Source of the DNA: Croceifilum oryzae
GTDB taxonomy: Bacteria > Bacillota > Bacilli > Thermoactinomycetales > Thermoactinomycetaceae
DNA length: 32,000 nt
Assembly (NCBI RefSeq): GCF_030814315.1
Contig: NZ_JAUSUV010000001.1
Location: 268,813 to 300,812 of the forward strand
Direction: 5' to 3'
Shown: positions 1 through 7,202 of the stretch, piece after piece
Layout of the letters: the number at the start of each line of letters is the position of its first letter
Numbering within the stretch: the first letter of the stretch is position 1
Made by a program: the position numbers and the translations under genes
The notes under the pieces: generated by a model
What the model saw: the letters and a program-made list of their open reading frames with translations, nothing else
Told to the model about the DNA's origin: nothing
Database searches by the model: none

Positions 1-1
1 T

Positions 2-346
2 TCTAGAGAGAAAAAATATGAATATCGAAAAAGGTTTCCTAACAGACCGGTCAAAGCCTTTATCTATGTAACCCAGCCAGTTGGAGAGATTCAGGCAGCG
101 CTTGAATTTGGAACACCTATTCACGAACCTAGGGAATTAATTGGACAGGAGGGGTTAGGAGTTCAAGAGTTTATTCGGGGAGAAAAGGTAGGTAAAGTTG
201 CTGTGCCTATTAAAAATGTCGTTATCCTTAGCAAGCCAATGAAAATGAGTGAATTAAAAAACAGGTTTCAAGTCGTCCCGCCGCAATCTTTTATTTATCT
301 AAAAAATAAACCCGAGCTGTTGACTTATTTGCTGAACTTATCTTGA
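2..346 (+). CDS. ASCH-domain-like protein, C-terminal part (5' end lies outside the window)
   Basis: Frame 2 is open from the window edge to TGA at 344-346. It is absent from the ORF track because it has no start in the window. The translation ..RKRFPNRPVKAFIYVTQPVGEIQAALEFG..KNRFQVVPPQSFIYLKNKPELL resembles small ASCH/PUA-like proteins by eye. Confidence 0.55.
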   Translation, partial: SREKKYEYRKRFPNRPVKAFIYVTQPVGEIQAALEFGTPIHEPRELIGQEGLGVQEFIRGEKVGKVAVPIKNVVILSKPMKMSELKNRFQVVPPQSFIYLKNKPELLTYLLNLS

Positions 347-508
347 ACAATAACGGAGGCTGCAAAAAATGAATAATGTACTATTTGTTCAATTAAGCGC
401 CATGAGAGTAAGGGTGCTATGATTATATTGTTACGGGAACATATCAGGTAATTAGAGAGTGAAAATAAGTTATGAAAGAGGAAAACAGGCGGTTGCAAGG
501 AAAACTGT

Positions 509-868
509 ATGATCAAGTTTAATGTAATTAGATTGCTGAAAGTTATACTCAAACCGAGGATGATTTATATCAAAGATGATAAGTTTTTAAAACATACTAA
601 AAGAAAAATACAAAAACACTTTACTATTTTGGTAAACGATCAAAAGGTTAAGATATTAAAGTTCAAGAAGAGTTCCTATCAAGATCGTTTTGGAGAAGAA
701 ATATCTACTATTAAGCTGATAACAAAAATTGATAACCTAGCTTTACGTCATAGAAGGGTCAAAATTGAAATTGAAGATGAACCTACTACTATAGGCACAT
801 TTGTAGCTGGTTTCTCTCGGCCAGGATTACGTACATATACGTATAGGATTACTGAAAGTGATAGTTGA
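509..868 (+). CDS. Hypothetical protein, no recognisable family, low GC
   Basis: 119-codon ORF; an alternative start at 560 gives 102 aa. Sequence looks beta-rich. It is followed 43 nt downstream by a strong terminator hairpin. The RBS is weak (AAGGA 8 nt upstream of 509). GC is visibly lower than in neighbouring genes. Confidence 0.45.
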   Translation: MIKFNVIRLLKVILKPRMIYIKDDKFLKHTKRKIQKHFTILVNDQKVKILKFKKSSYQDRFGEEISTIKLITKIDNLALRHRRVKIEIEDEPTTIGTFVAGFSRPGLRTYTYRITESDS

Positions 869-910
869 AAAGTTCAAATGAAGAGGCTAATCGTTATTCT
901 TAATTCCAAA

Positions 911-957
911 AGGCTGTTACTTTGTATACATATACACAAAGTAACAGCCTTATTTCT
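911..957 (+). terminator. Rho-independent terminator after the 509-868 ORF
   Basis: A perfect 15-bp stem, aggctgttactttgt (911-925) with acaaagtaacagcct (936-950), is followed by tatttctgt. Confidence 0.7.
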
Positions 958-971
958 GTCGGAACCCCATT

Positions 972-1043
972 AAACATTGACAAGAATATAATAATAATCT
1001 ATATTATAAGTGTACTTATAATATACCGGAAGTAGGGGCTAAT
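972..1043 (+). promoter_or_regulatory. Sigma-A-type promoter plus 26-bp palindromic operator (copy A) upstream of the NTF2-like gene
   Basis: TTGACA (977-982), 17-nt spacer, TATATT (1000-1005). The palindrome TATATTATAAGT-gt-ACTTATAATATA (1000-1025) overlaps the -10. This ~75-bp module is nearly identical to the reverse complement of 3161-3233, upstream of marR. Confidence 0.6.
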
Positions 1044-1433
1044 ATGAAAAACACCGCAAATCGAGAAATCGCAGAGGCTTTGCTAGCCGCATTGGGCAAA
1101 CAAGATTGGAAAAAACTTCAAGGTTTGATGAACCCTAACGTACAATGGACACTCCCTGGTACTGGAGTGATCTCCGGAACCGCAGTAGGTGTCGATGCGG
1201 TAATCGACCGCTTTAATGCAATCGCGAATGGAAACGTGAGCACAAAGCTTCAGCATATACTCGTCGGACAACATGGATTAACGATTACTCTGCATAATAC
1301 TGCCACTGCACCCGACGGACGAATCCTAGATGAGCATCTAGCGTCGGTCCTTACTGTTGAAGCTGGACTCATTATACAAATCGATACATATATCTCAGAT
1401 GTACCGATGATGGAACAATTTTTCGCTAAGTAA
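1044..1433 (+). CDS. NTF2/SnoaL-like fold protein
   Basis: 129 aa with an RBS (AGGGG) 5 nt upstream. Size and pattern (..DWKKLQGLMNPNVQWTLPG...GLIIQIDTYISD) are typical of SnoaL-like or ketosteroid-isomerase-like proteins. Confidence 0.75.
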   Translation: MKNTANREIAEALLAALGKQDWKKLQGLMNPNVQWTLPGTGVISGTAVGVDAVIDRFNAIANGNVSTKLQHILVGQHGLTITLHNTATAPDGRILDEHLASVLTVEAGLIIQIDTYISDVPMMEQFFAK

Positions 1434-1634
1434 TGTAATCATTATGTATGCACATAAATTAAACCTTATGCACGTTTCAATCATGATTCATTGAACATGT
1501 TTCTCTATTGACATTCATTTTTTTCATCACTTATACTATTAATTAGCTAGGTAAACTAAATTAGGAGGAGCGGGTTTTGTTGGATCGTAAGAATGAATCC
1601 ATCCTTTTAATGGGCAAGAGAGGAGACTATGAAT

Positions 1635-2267
1635 ATGAAAGCCATTGTACTTGGACAATACGAGGGAGCACAGTATCATCCTTTCACATCTATTGATTAC
1701 GAACTACAATCCATTTTTGAAGGTGTTATGGATGTTGAATGTACAGATGATTACGCCGTGCTTCAGGACGATAAACTTGAGAATTACGATTTGTTCATAT
1801 CGTACGCGGAATTTTCAGATCTGGAGATAACGGAAGAGCAGGCGCAAGCGCTTATCTCCTATGTGAGAGACGGCGGAGGGTTGCTAGTTATCCATAACGG
1901 TATCTCTCTGCAGCAAAACAAAGAGCTAGAAAAGTTAATCGGCGGCAGGGTTACGGGACATCCGGAATATACATCCCTACCTATCCGATATAATCAAGGA
2001 AGTCACCCTATTGTGGAGAGTTTAAGCGATTTTCTGATAGATGAAGAGCCGTTTCGGTACGAACTGAGTCCACATGAATCGACGGTTATCCTTGCCGAAT
2101 ATGAACATGATGACAAGCGTTGGCCTGCTGCGTGGGCACATACATATGGTTCTGGTCGCGTGGTAAATCTGATGCCGGGACATCATCTCCCATCTTTCCA
2201 AGTAGAGCCCGCGCGTAAGTTGATTCGGAATAGCGGAATGTGGGCTGGCGGGGGATTCGTGGAGTAG
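1635..2267 (+). CDS. ThuA-domain protein (class I glutamine amidotransferase-like fold)
   Basis: ThuA-like motifs are present: DGGGLLVIHNG, FLIDEEPFRYEL, WPAAWAHTYGSGRVVNLMPGHH. AGGAG at 1621-1625 favours ATG 1635 (9-nt spacing) over ATG 1629. A TTGACA-18-TATACT promoter lies at 1508-1537. Confidence 0.8.
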   Translation: MKAIVLGQYEGAQYHPFTSIDYELQSIFEGVMDVECTDDYAVLQDDKLENYDLFISYAEFSDLEITEEQAQALISYVRDGGGLLVIHNGISLQQNKELEKLIGGRVTGHPEYTSLPIRYNQGSHPIVESLSDFLIDEEPFRYELSPHESTVILAEYEHDDKRWPAAWAHTYGSGRVVNLMPGHHLPSFQVEPARKLIRNSGMWAGGGFVE

Positions 2268-2400
2268 AGGGTCACGGTACCAATCCGGGAAAATGGTACG
2301 TTTAGACAATTTTAGATATAATGAAGCCGATCTCTTGTACGCTAAGAATTCGGCTTTTCATTTATGTACAAAATGGATGAGAGAAATAGGAGTGAATGAA

Positions 2401-2589
2401 TTGAAATTTTTATCATTCTGGTATGTAATAGTATGGATTTTATTAGTGAGTCTTACACTTTCTGAGTACTTCCGACCACTTACAACCCTTGGAATAGTAG
2501 CTATGGTACTCGGGACAGCTTATATGGCTTGGAATCTTTGGATGGAATATAAAATATACAAAGAAGAAAAGAAAAAGATAGTGCAATAA
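2401..2589 (+). CDS. Small two-TM membrane protein (about 62 aa)
   Basis: The track ORF is 2293-2589. AGGAG lies 8 nt upstream of TTG 2401; ATG 2377 is an alternative start. There are two hydrophobic segments and a Lys-rich C-terminus. A terminator follows directly. Confidence 0.5.
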   Translation: MKFLSFWYVIVWILLVSLTLSEYFRPLTTLGIVAMVLGTAYMAWNLWMEYKIYKEEKKKIVQ

Positions 2590-2607
2590 ATATATATAAA
2601 ATAGCCC

Positions 2608-2646
2608 AAGGAGCCTACTAAGAAATGAGAAGGCTCCTTATTTATC
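2608..2646. terminator. Bidirectional terminator between the convergent small membrane gene and marR
   Basis: 9-bp stem aaggagcct (2608-2616) with aggctcctt (2631-2639). Both sides are AT-rich. Confidence 0.6.
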
Positions 2647-2704
2647 GAAAACATGGGCTTGTCAAATCTCGCTGCATCACCCAAGCGTACTTTGTGTGCA
2701 GTAT

Positions 2705-3163
2705 CTAGGCATTCCCCTCCTTTAATGCAATCCGTAGCAGTAATAATCGAAGATCTTCTTGCTGTTCTTTCAATGTGGAAAAAAAAGACTCATCTATGCT
2801 TTCTACAATGGGAACCGCTTCATCCAGCAATCGCTTTCCTTGCAAAGTAAGAGAAACCACTTTTGATCTGGTATCAGTAAGGGAAGCGGTCCGACTAATC
2901 AAATTCCCTTTTTGGAGGTTTTTTAGAATGGTTGATACGGTCATAACATCCACATCGGAATGTTTTGCGATCATGACCTGTGTTACCTCTTGATTATATT
3001 GAGAAAGATAACCCAAGCTAGTTAGGATAACAAATTGAGGATGTGTAAGGTCTAACTTTTTTAACGCTTGCTTCATATCTCGATGCCATAAATGATAAAC
3101 CTTGATAAATAGATAGCCTATAGATTGATGAGCGTCTTCAAACTTGGAAGGGAAATGAATCAT
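2705..3163 (-). CDS. MarR-family transcriptional regulator
   Basis: 152 aa with the winged-HTH pattern LTHPQFVILTSLGYL..VTQVMIAKHSDVDVMTVSTILKNLQKGNLISR. RBS AGGAGGA is 9 nt upstream. The palindromic operator overlaps its promoter. Confidence 0.9.
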   Translation of the reverse strand: MIHFPSKFEDAHQSIGYLFIKVYHLWHRDMKQALKKLDLTHPQFVILTSLGYLSQYNQEVTQVMIAKHSDVDVMTVSTILKNLQKGNLISRTASLTDTRSKVVSLTLQGKRLLDEAVPIVESIDESFFSTLKEQQEDLRLLLLRIALKEGNA

Positions 3164-3233
3164 GGGGCTACTTCCTCCTATATTATAAGTAAACTTATAA
3201 TATAGGTTATTATTATATTCTTGTCAACTGTTT
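3164..3233 (-). promoter_or_regulatory. marR promoter plus 26-bp palindromic operator (copy B)
   Basis: On the minus strand: TTGACA (3227-3222), 17-nt spacer, TATATT (3204-3199). The palindrome tatattataagt-aa-acttataatata lies at 3179-3204. This is an inverted near-identical copy of 972-1046. Confidence 0.6.
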
Positions 3234-3285
3234 GGAGTTCCTTCATATACCTTTTAAGGGGGATGAGTAAAAACATCTTATGGGT

Positions 3286-3468
3286 ATTCAAGAATTCGTT
3301 CGAAAGGAGAGGTTGGAAAAATTTGCTGTTCTGATTAAAAAATTTATCGCTCTAAGAAAGACGATGAAGATAGATGAATGAAAAAACAAGTTTGATGTAA
3401 TTCCGCTCTAATCGTTTATGTACATAAAATACAAGCCTAAGTTGTTGACCTATTTGCTGGGTTTAGTA
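3286..3468 (+). pseudogene. Decayed 3' fragment of an ASCH-domain gene, paralogous to 161-346
   Basis: In-frame nucleotide and protein similarity to the intact copy: IQEFVRKERLEKFAVLIKKFIALRKTMKIDE*KNKFDVIPL*SFMYIKYKPKLLTYLL versus VQEFIRGEKVGKVAVPIKNVVILSKPMKMSELKNRFQVVPPQSFIYLKNKPELLTYLL. There are two in-frame stops (the first is TGA at 3379-3381) and no N-terminal half. Confidence 0.6.
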
Positions 3469-3544
3469 GATTAATAGTCACTGTAAGAACGATTCAATTC
3501 ATACAGCACATTTACCTGTGTCCATATGAGGTTCAAAGTAACCT

Positions 3545-3605
3545 TTGACATGCCAATTGCTTTATGTAAAATTGTATTTGACACAACATTTTATTTGTGT
3601 AAAAT
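3545..3605 (+). promoter_or_regulatory. Two tandem candidate promoters upstream of the deaminase gene
   Basis: TTGACA (3545-3550)-16 nt-TAAAAT (3567-3572) and TTGACA (3578-3583)-16 nt-TAAAAT (3600-3605). The two 33-bp units are about 70% identical direct repeats. Confidence 0.35.
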
Positions 3606-3738
3606 TATAATAGAGTTATGCATATCAATAATATATATTTATAGTTTATAAATGAAAGCATTGAAAATCAATAATAAATATCTTGCATGATTCCGTCAGT
3701 AAGGCGAAATACATTTCCTTAAAAAATGAGGTGTTCTT

Positions 3739-4527
3739 ATGATAAACAAAGAAATAGAGCTTCTAAAAAAAGCAAATGATGCTGCTATTCAGAATATACA
3801 AGAGAACGGCGGGCCATTTGGTGCAGTTGCAGTTGATGAGTCCGGAAGTAAGCAAGTGGTAGGATGTAATCGTGTGACAGATCAGCTAGATCCGACCGCG
3901 CATGCAGAAGTGCAAGCGATTCGAAATCATGAACAGAAATATGGAGTAGGGTCTCTACAAAATGGTGAGATCTTTACCTCGTGCTACCCGTGTCCGATGT
4001 GTAATGCTCTTATGGAGGAAAAAGGAATTAGTAGATCCACTTATTCTAGTAACAAGAAAGATGCAGATAACGCTGGATTTGCAGATGATTTTCTCTATGT
4101 TCAACAAGCCCTTCTAGAAGAGGACCAAGAACCTTCTGTTCCCGTTTCGCTATTGCCTGATGATCTTCATGCAACTCTCAATCCTGATCATTTCTATCTT
4201 CTTGATGAGGCGCATCACATCATCGCATCCTGTGAAAGTGACCGTCTTTTTACGGCTATACCGAAATTGACGAAACAGATCAATACGTTTGAAACCCCTA
4301 ACTGTTTTCTTGTTTCTTCTAAAGAACTAAAAATTCTCGATTACATGGCATCATGCTGGATGGGGATCGAAAAAATTTATGTTCTCCAAAAAGAGCACTT
4401 GAAAATAAAGAAAAATACACACAAAGTAGAACATGTTTACGTGAATGTAGAAAATGAAGGTGGTCCATTCCAATTGTGGGGGAATCATAGCGATCGTACA
4501 GAATATGGACTAAAACCCAACGTATAA
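3739..4527 (+). CDS. Guanine-deaminase-like (CDA-fold) zinc deaminase with a ~100-aa internal insertion
   Basis: GGPFGAV, DPTAHAE (His55/Glu57) and SCYPCPMC (Cys85/Cys88) match the B. subtilis GuaD-type pattern. AGFADDFLY and the C-terminal GPFQLW..TEY also match the GuaD C-terminus. Residues ~143-240 have no GuaD counterpart. RBS GAGGTG is 6 nt upstream. Confidence 0.85.
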   Translation: MINKEIELLKKANDAAIQNIQENGGPFGAVAVDESGSKQVVGCNRVTDQLDPTAHAEVQAIRNHEQKYGVGSLQNGEIFTSCYPCPMCNALMEEKGISRSTYSSNKKDADNAGFADDFLYVQQALLEEDQEPSVPVSLLPDDLHATLNPDHFYLLDEAHHIIASCESDRLFTAIPKLTKQINTFETPNCFLVSSKELKILDYMASCWMGIEKIYVLQKEHLKIKKNTHKVEHVYVNVENEGGPFQLWGNHSDRTEYGLKPNV

Positions 4528-4610
4528 AACGATTAAATCAAAATGAAAGGGTTTACAATCTCTTTCAGAAATAGTGCGTTGATTTAGTCATGAGATAAAC
4601 AGGTAATGGT

Positions 4611-4650
4611 AAAAAACCAAGTGTCCTTCTAAGGGACGCTTGGTTTTTTT
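4611..4650. terminator. Bidirectional terminator shared by the deaminase gene (+) and the cstA/ybdD-like operon (-)
   Basis: A6-ccaagtgtcc-ttctaag-ggacgcttgg-T7. The stem is 10 bp including one G-U pair, flanked by an A-tract and a T-tract. Confidence 0.75.
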
Positions 4651-4651
4651 A

Positions 4652-4828
4652 TTAACAACAACGCCGAATACTACCTCCACCGTACTTCTCATCTGTTGCT
4701 TGTCTGTGAAACTCCTTTTCACTCAAAGGCTTCTGATCAGGATGATGCTTAGCTAAATGTTCGAGGTAGCGCTTATAGCTGGGAACTCCAGCGATGTCAT
4801 GGAGAAAGATACAAAGCTTAGACCACAT
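4652..4828 (-). CDS. YbdD/YjiX-family small protein (DUF466, CstA-associated)
   Basis: 58-aa ORF below the track cutoff: MWSKLCIFLHDIAGVPSYKRYLEHLAKHHPDQKPLSEKEFHRQATDEKYGGGSIRRCC. The family is typically C-terminal ..YGGG..RCC and sits immediately downstream of cstA. The start is 6 nt after the cstA stop, with AAGGGGG as RBS. Confidence 0.85.
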   Translation of the reverse strand: MWSKLCIFLHDIAGVPSYKRYLEHLAKHHPDQKPLSEKEFHRQATDEKYGGGSIRRCC

Positions 4829-4834
4829 GATGGG

Positions 4835-6904
4835 TTACCCCCTTACGGAATGAGCATTCGAAATATAGGGAGATTCACGAAGCGGGAGTTGTTTGTTGGT
4901 AAACAGGATTTTATACCAAACTCTGACCGCATCGAGGATGATAATAGCAACGAGTAGCATAAATAAGCCCGTTACCCATGCGTCGATTTGGTTGTTTAGG
5001 ATGATTTGCTTCATTTGATCAACTGTTTTAGCAGGTGCGAGAAGCTGACCTGCATCGAGTGCGGTTTGATACTTCTCAGCGGCGGAGAGGAAGCCAATTT
5101 TCGGACTTGGATCAAAGAGCTTGGCATAGGCTGCTGTCATGGTAGCAATCGTTAGAAAGACAAAAGGAATCAATGTCACCCATGTATAGACGGCTTTGCC
5201 CATCTTAAAGAGGATGGTGGTTCCGACTACTAGGGCGATGACAGCGAGCATCTGGTTGGCTATCCCGAAGAGAGGCCATAAGGTGTTAATGCCACCAAGG
5301 GGATCAATCACGCCTTGATAAAGGAAATAGCCCCAACCCGCTACGATGAGTGCGCTCGCGAGGATATTGGCTGGAAGGTAATCGGTTCGTTTCCATTTGG
5401 GAACAAAGTTGCCGATTAAATCTTGCAAGACAAATCGTCCCACTCTTGTTCCTGCGTCAATCGTGGTGAGGATGAAGACGGCTTCAAATAAGATGGCAAA
5501 ATGATACCAGAACGCCATCATCGCTTTGCCACCTAATACACTCGAAAAGATATGAGCCATACCAATTGCGAGAGTCGGTGCGCCACCTGTTCGGGAGAGG
5601 ATGCTATTTTCGCCGATGTCTTTTGCGGTGGTCGTTAATTCCTCGGGCGTAATGGTAAACCCAAAGTTAGAGATGGCAGTGGCGGCACTATTTACATCCA
5701 CTCCGATCACGGCGGCAGGGCTATTGATCGCGAAGTAGACGCCTGGAGTTAGGAGACAAGCGGCGATGAGTGCCATGATGGCGACAAATGATTCCGTAAT
5801 CATTCCGCCGTAAGCGATCGGCTGAGCATGAGATTCGCGAGCGATCATCTTCGGAGTGGTTCCGGAAGAGACGAGGGAATGGAATCCAGAGATAGCTCCG
5901 CAAGCGATGGTGATAAAGACAAAAGGAAATAGATTTCCTGCAAATACAGGGCCTGTCCCGTCGATAAACTTTGTAAGTGCTGGCATCTGAAGCTCAGGCG
6001 CGACCCAGATGATTCCCAGTGCTAAAGCGAAGATGGTACCGATCTTAAGAAAGGTGCTCAAGTAATCTCGTGGTGCTAGTAGTAGCCACACAGGGATAAC
6101 GGAGGCGATAAAGCCGTAGATGATTAAAAGCCAAGCGATTGTTTTTCCGTCTAGGGTAAACAAAGGGGCGAGTGTGGGATGGACGGATACATATTGTCCG
6201 AGGACGAGTGAAAGTAGTAGTAAACCAAATCCAATGAGTGAGGATTCTAATACTTTGCCGGGACGTATATAACGCATATAGACTCCCATAAATAGGGCGA
6301 TTGGGATGGTCATCGCGATTGTAAACATGCCCCATGGTGAATCTGCAAGCGCTTTCACAACCACGAGTGCGAGTACAGCTAGCAGAATAATCATGATACT
6401 GAGTACAGCGATGAGGGCTGTTAATCCACCCACAGGTCCGATTTCTTCCCGTGCGATCTCACCAAGAGATTTCCCATTACGGCGCATCGAGCCAAATAGG
6501 ATGATGAAATCTTGTACGGCTCCTCCCAATACGACCCCCACGATGATCCATAGAGTTCCGGGGAGATACCCCATCTGTGCGGCGAGGATTGGACCAACTA
6601 AAGGACCTGCTCCTGCAATAGCGGCAAAATGATGTCCAAAGAGAACCCACTTATTAGTAGGAACAAAGTCTTTGCCATCGTTATGAATCTCGGCAGGAGT
6701 CTTTCGATTATCATCTAATTGAAAAACTTTCCTAGCAAGGAAGCGACTATAAAAACGATAGGCAACCGCATAGGTACACACAGCCGCTGTTAAGAGCCAA
6801 ATGGAGTTTACCCTTTCTCCGCTGTAGAGGGCAATCATGGCAAAACCTGCCGCTCCCAGCATTGAAATGAACATCCAGATTAAAATAGATCCGATTCGTT
6901 TCAT
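4835..6904 (-). CDS. cstA: Carbon starvation protein A (peptide/pyruvate transporter family)
   Basis: Polytopic membrane protein with CstA motifs: VPTNKWVLFGHHFAAIAGAGPLVGPILAAQ. The track ORF extends to 6949. ATG 6904 (MKRIGS..) has GGAAAGGA upstream and is the more plausible start. Confidence 0.95.
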   Translation of the reverse strand: MKRIGSILIWMFISMLGAAGFAMIALYSGERVNSIWLLTAAVCTYAVAYRFYSRFLARKVFQLDDNRKTPAEIHNDGKDFVPTNKWVLFGHHFAAIAGAGPLVGPILAAQMGYLPGTLWIIVGVVLGGAVQDFIILFGSMRRNGKSLGEIAREEIGPVGGLTALIAVLSIMIILLAVLALVVVKALADSPWGMFTIAMTIPIALFMGVYMRYIRPGKVLESSLIGFGLLLLSLVLGQYVSVHPTLAPLFTLDGKTIAWLLIIYGFIASVIPVWLLLAPRDYLSTFLKIGTIFALALGIIWVAPELQMPALTKFIDGTGPVFAGNLFPFVFITIACGAISGFHSLVSSGTTPKMIARESHAQPIAYGGMITESFVAIMALIAACLLTPGVYFAINSPAAVIGVDVNSAATAISNFGFTITPEELTTTAKDIGENSILSRTGGAPTLAIGMAHIFSSVLGGKAMMAFWYHFAILFEAVFILTTIDAGTRVGRFVLQDLIGNFVPKWKRTDYLPANILASALIVAGWGYFLYQGVIDPLGGINTLWPLFGIANQMLAVIALVVGTTILFKMGKAVYTWVTLIPFVFLTIATMTAAYAKLFDPSPKIGFLSAAEKYQTALDAGQLLAPAKTVDQMKQIILNNQIDAWVTGLFMLLVAIIILDAVRVWYKILFTNKQLPLRESPYISNAHSVRG

Positions 6905-7023
6905 TTTGTTATTCATCCTTTCCATGTGATAAAAGGTAACTATTCGCATAGAGAATAATTACCTTTACATTGGTATATTCATTTCTGCTACTCGTTTTTC
7001 CTACCTACGACTCGGAATATAGA

Positions 7024-7075
7024 TTGACAAACTGAAATACAGAGGTTATATTATTGTTAACTAGTAAACTATAAT
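7024..7075 (+). promoter_or_regulatory. Candidate promoter and operator of the MarR-MFS operon
   Basis: TTGACA (7024-7029)-17 nt-TATATT (7047-7052). It is followed by the pseudo-palindrome TTAACTAGTAAA containing GTTAAC (7056-7061). A second GTTAAC half-site lies at 7164-7169. Confidence 0.4.
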
Positions 7076-7202
7076 GGAGATGCTGTTATGGCATGAACCC
7101 ACATTTATTTTTGTTATATCCTTTGGATATAATATTGGTTGCGTTTATGAATATTATTTATTGGTTAACAAAAAATGAATAGTGAAAGGATGTCGTCTAA
7201 CA

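Noticed and set aside
325-552. 75-aa minus-strand ORF in the intergenic region after the ASCH gene
   Set aside because: It overlaps the start of the 509-868 ORF, has no RBS and has an AT-rich junk-like composition. It runs antisense to the only terminator-supported transcription unit here.
1577-1696. uORF-like frame starting at TTG 1577 behind an AGGAGG upstream of the ThuA-like gene
   Set aside because: It runs out of frame into the ThuA-like gene and shows no conservation signal. The AGGAGG could simply be chance in an AT-rich leader. I cannot support a leader peptide.
2653-2993. Plus-strand ORFs 2653-2850 and 2775-2993
   Set aside because: They are antisense to the well-supported MarR gene (2705-3163) and have no family resemblance.
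3469-3738. Purine or guanine riboswitch upstream of the guanine-deaminase-like gene
   Set aside because: I looked for the conserved purine-riboswitch core (UAUAAU..GGAUAUGG..CUACCGG..CCGUAAAU..GACUAUG-like segments) on the + strand and found none. The region is simply AT-rich with promoter-like repeats.
5721-6632. ORFs 5721-5903(-), 6045-6335(-) and 6306-6632(+) inside cstA
   Set aside because: They are off-frame or antisense shadow ORFs within a clearly conserved transporter gene. They have no RBS and an Arg/Pro/Ser-rich composition typical of wrong-frame translation.
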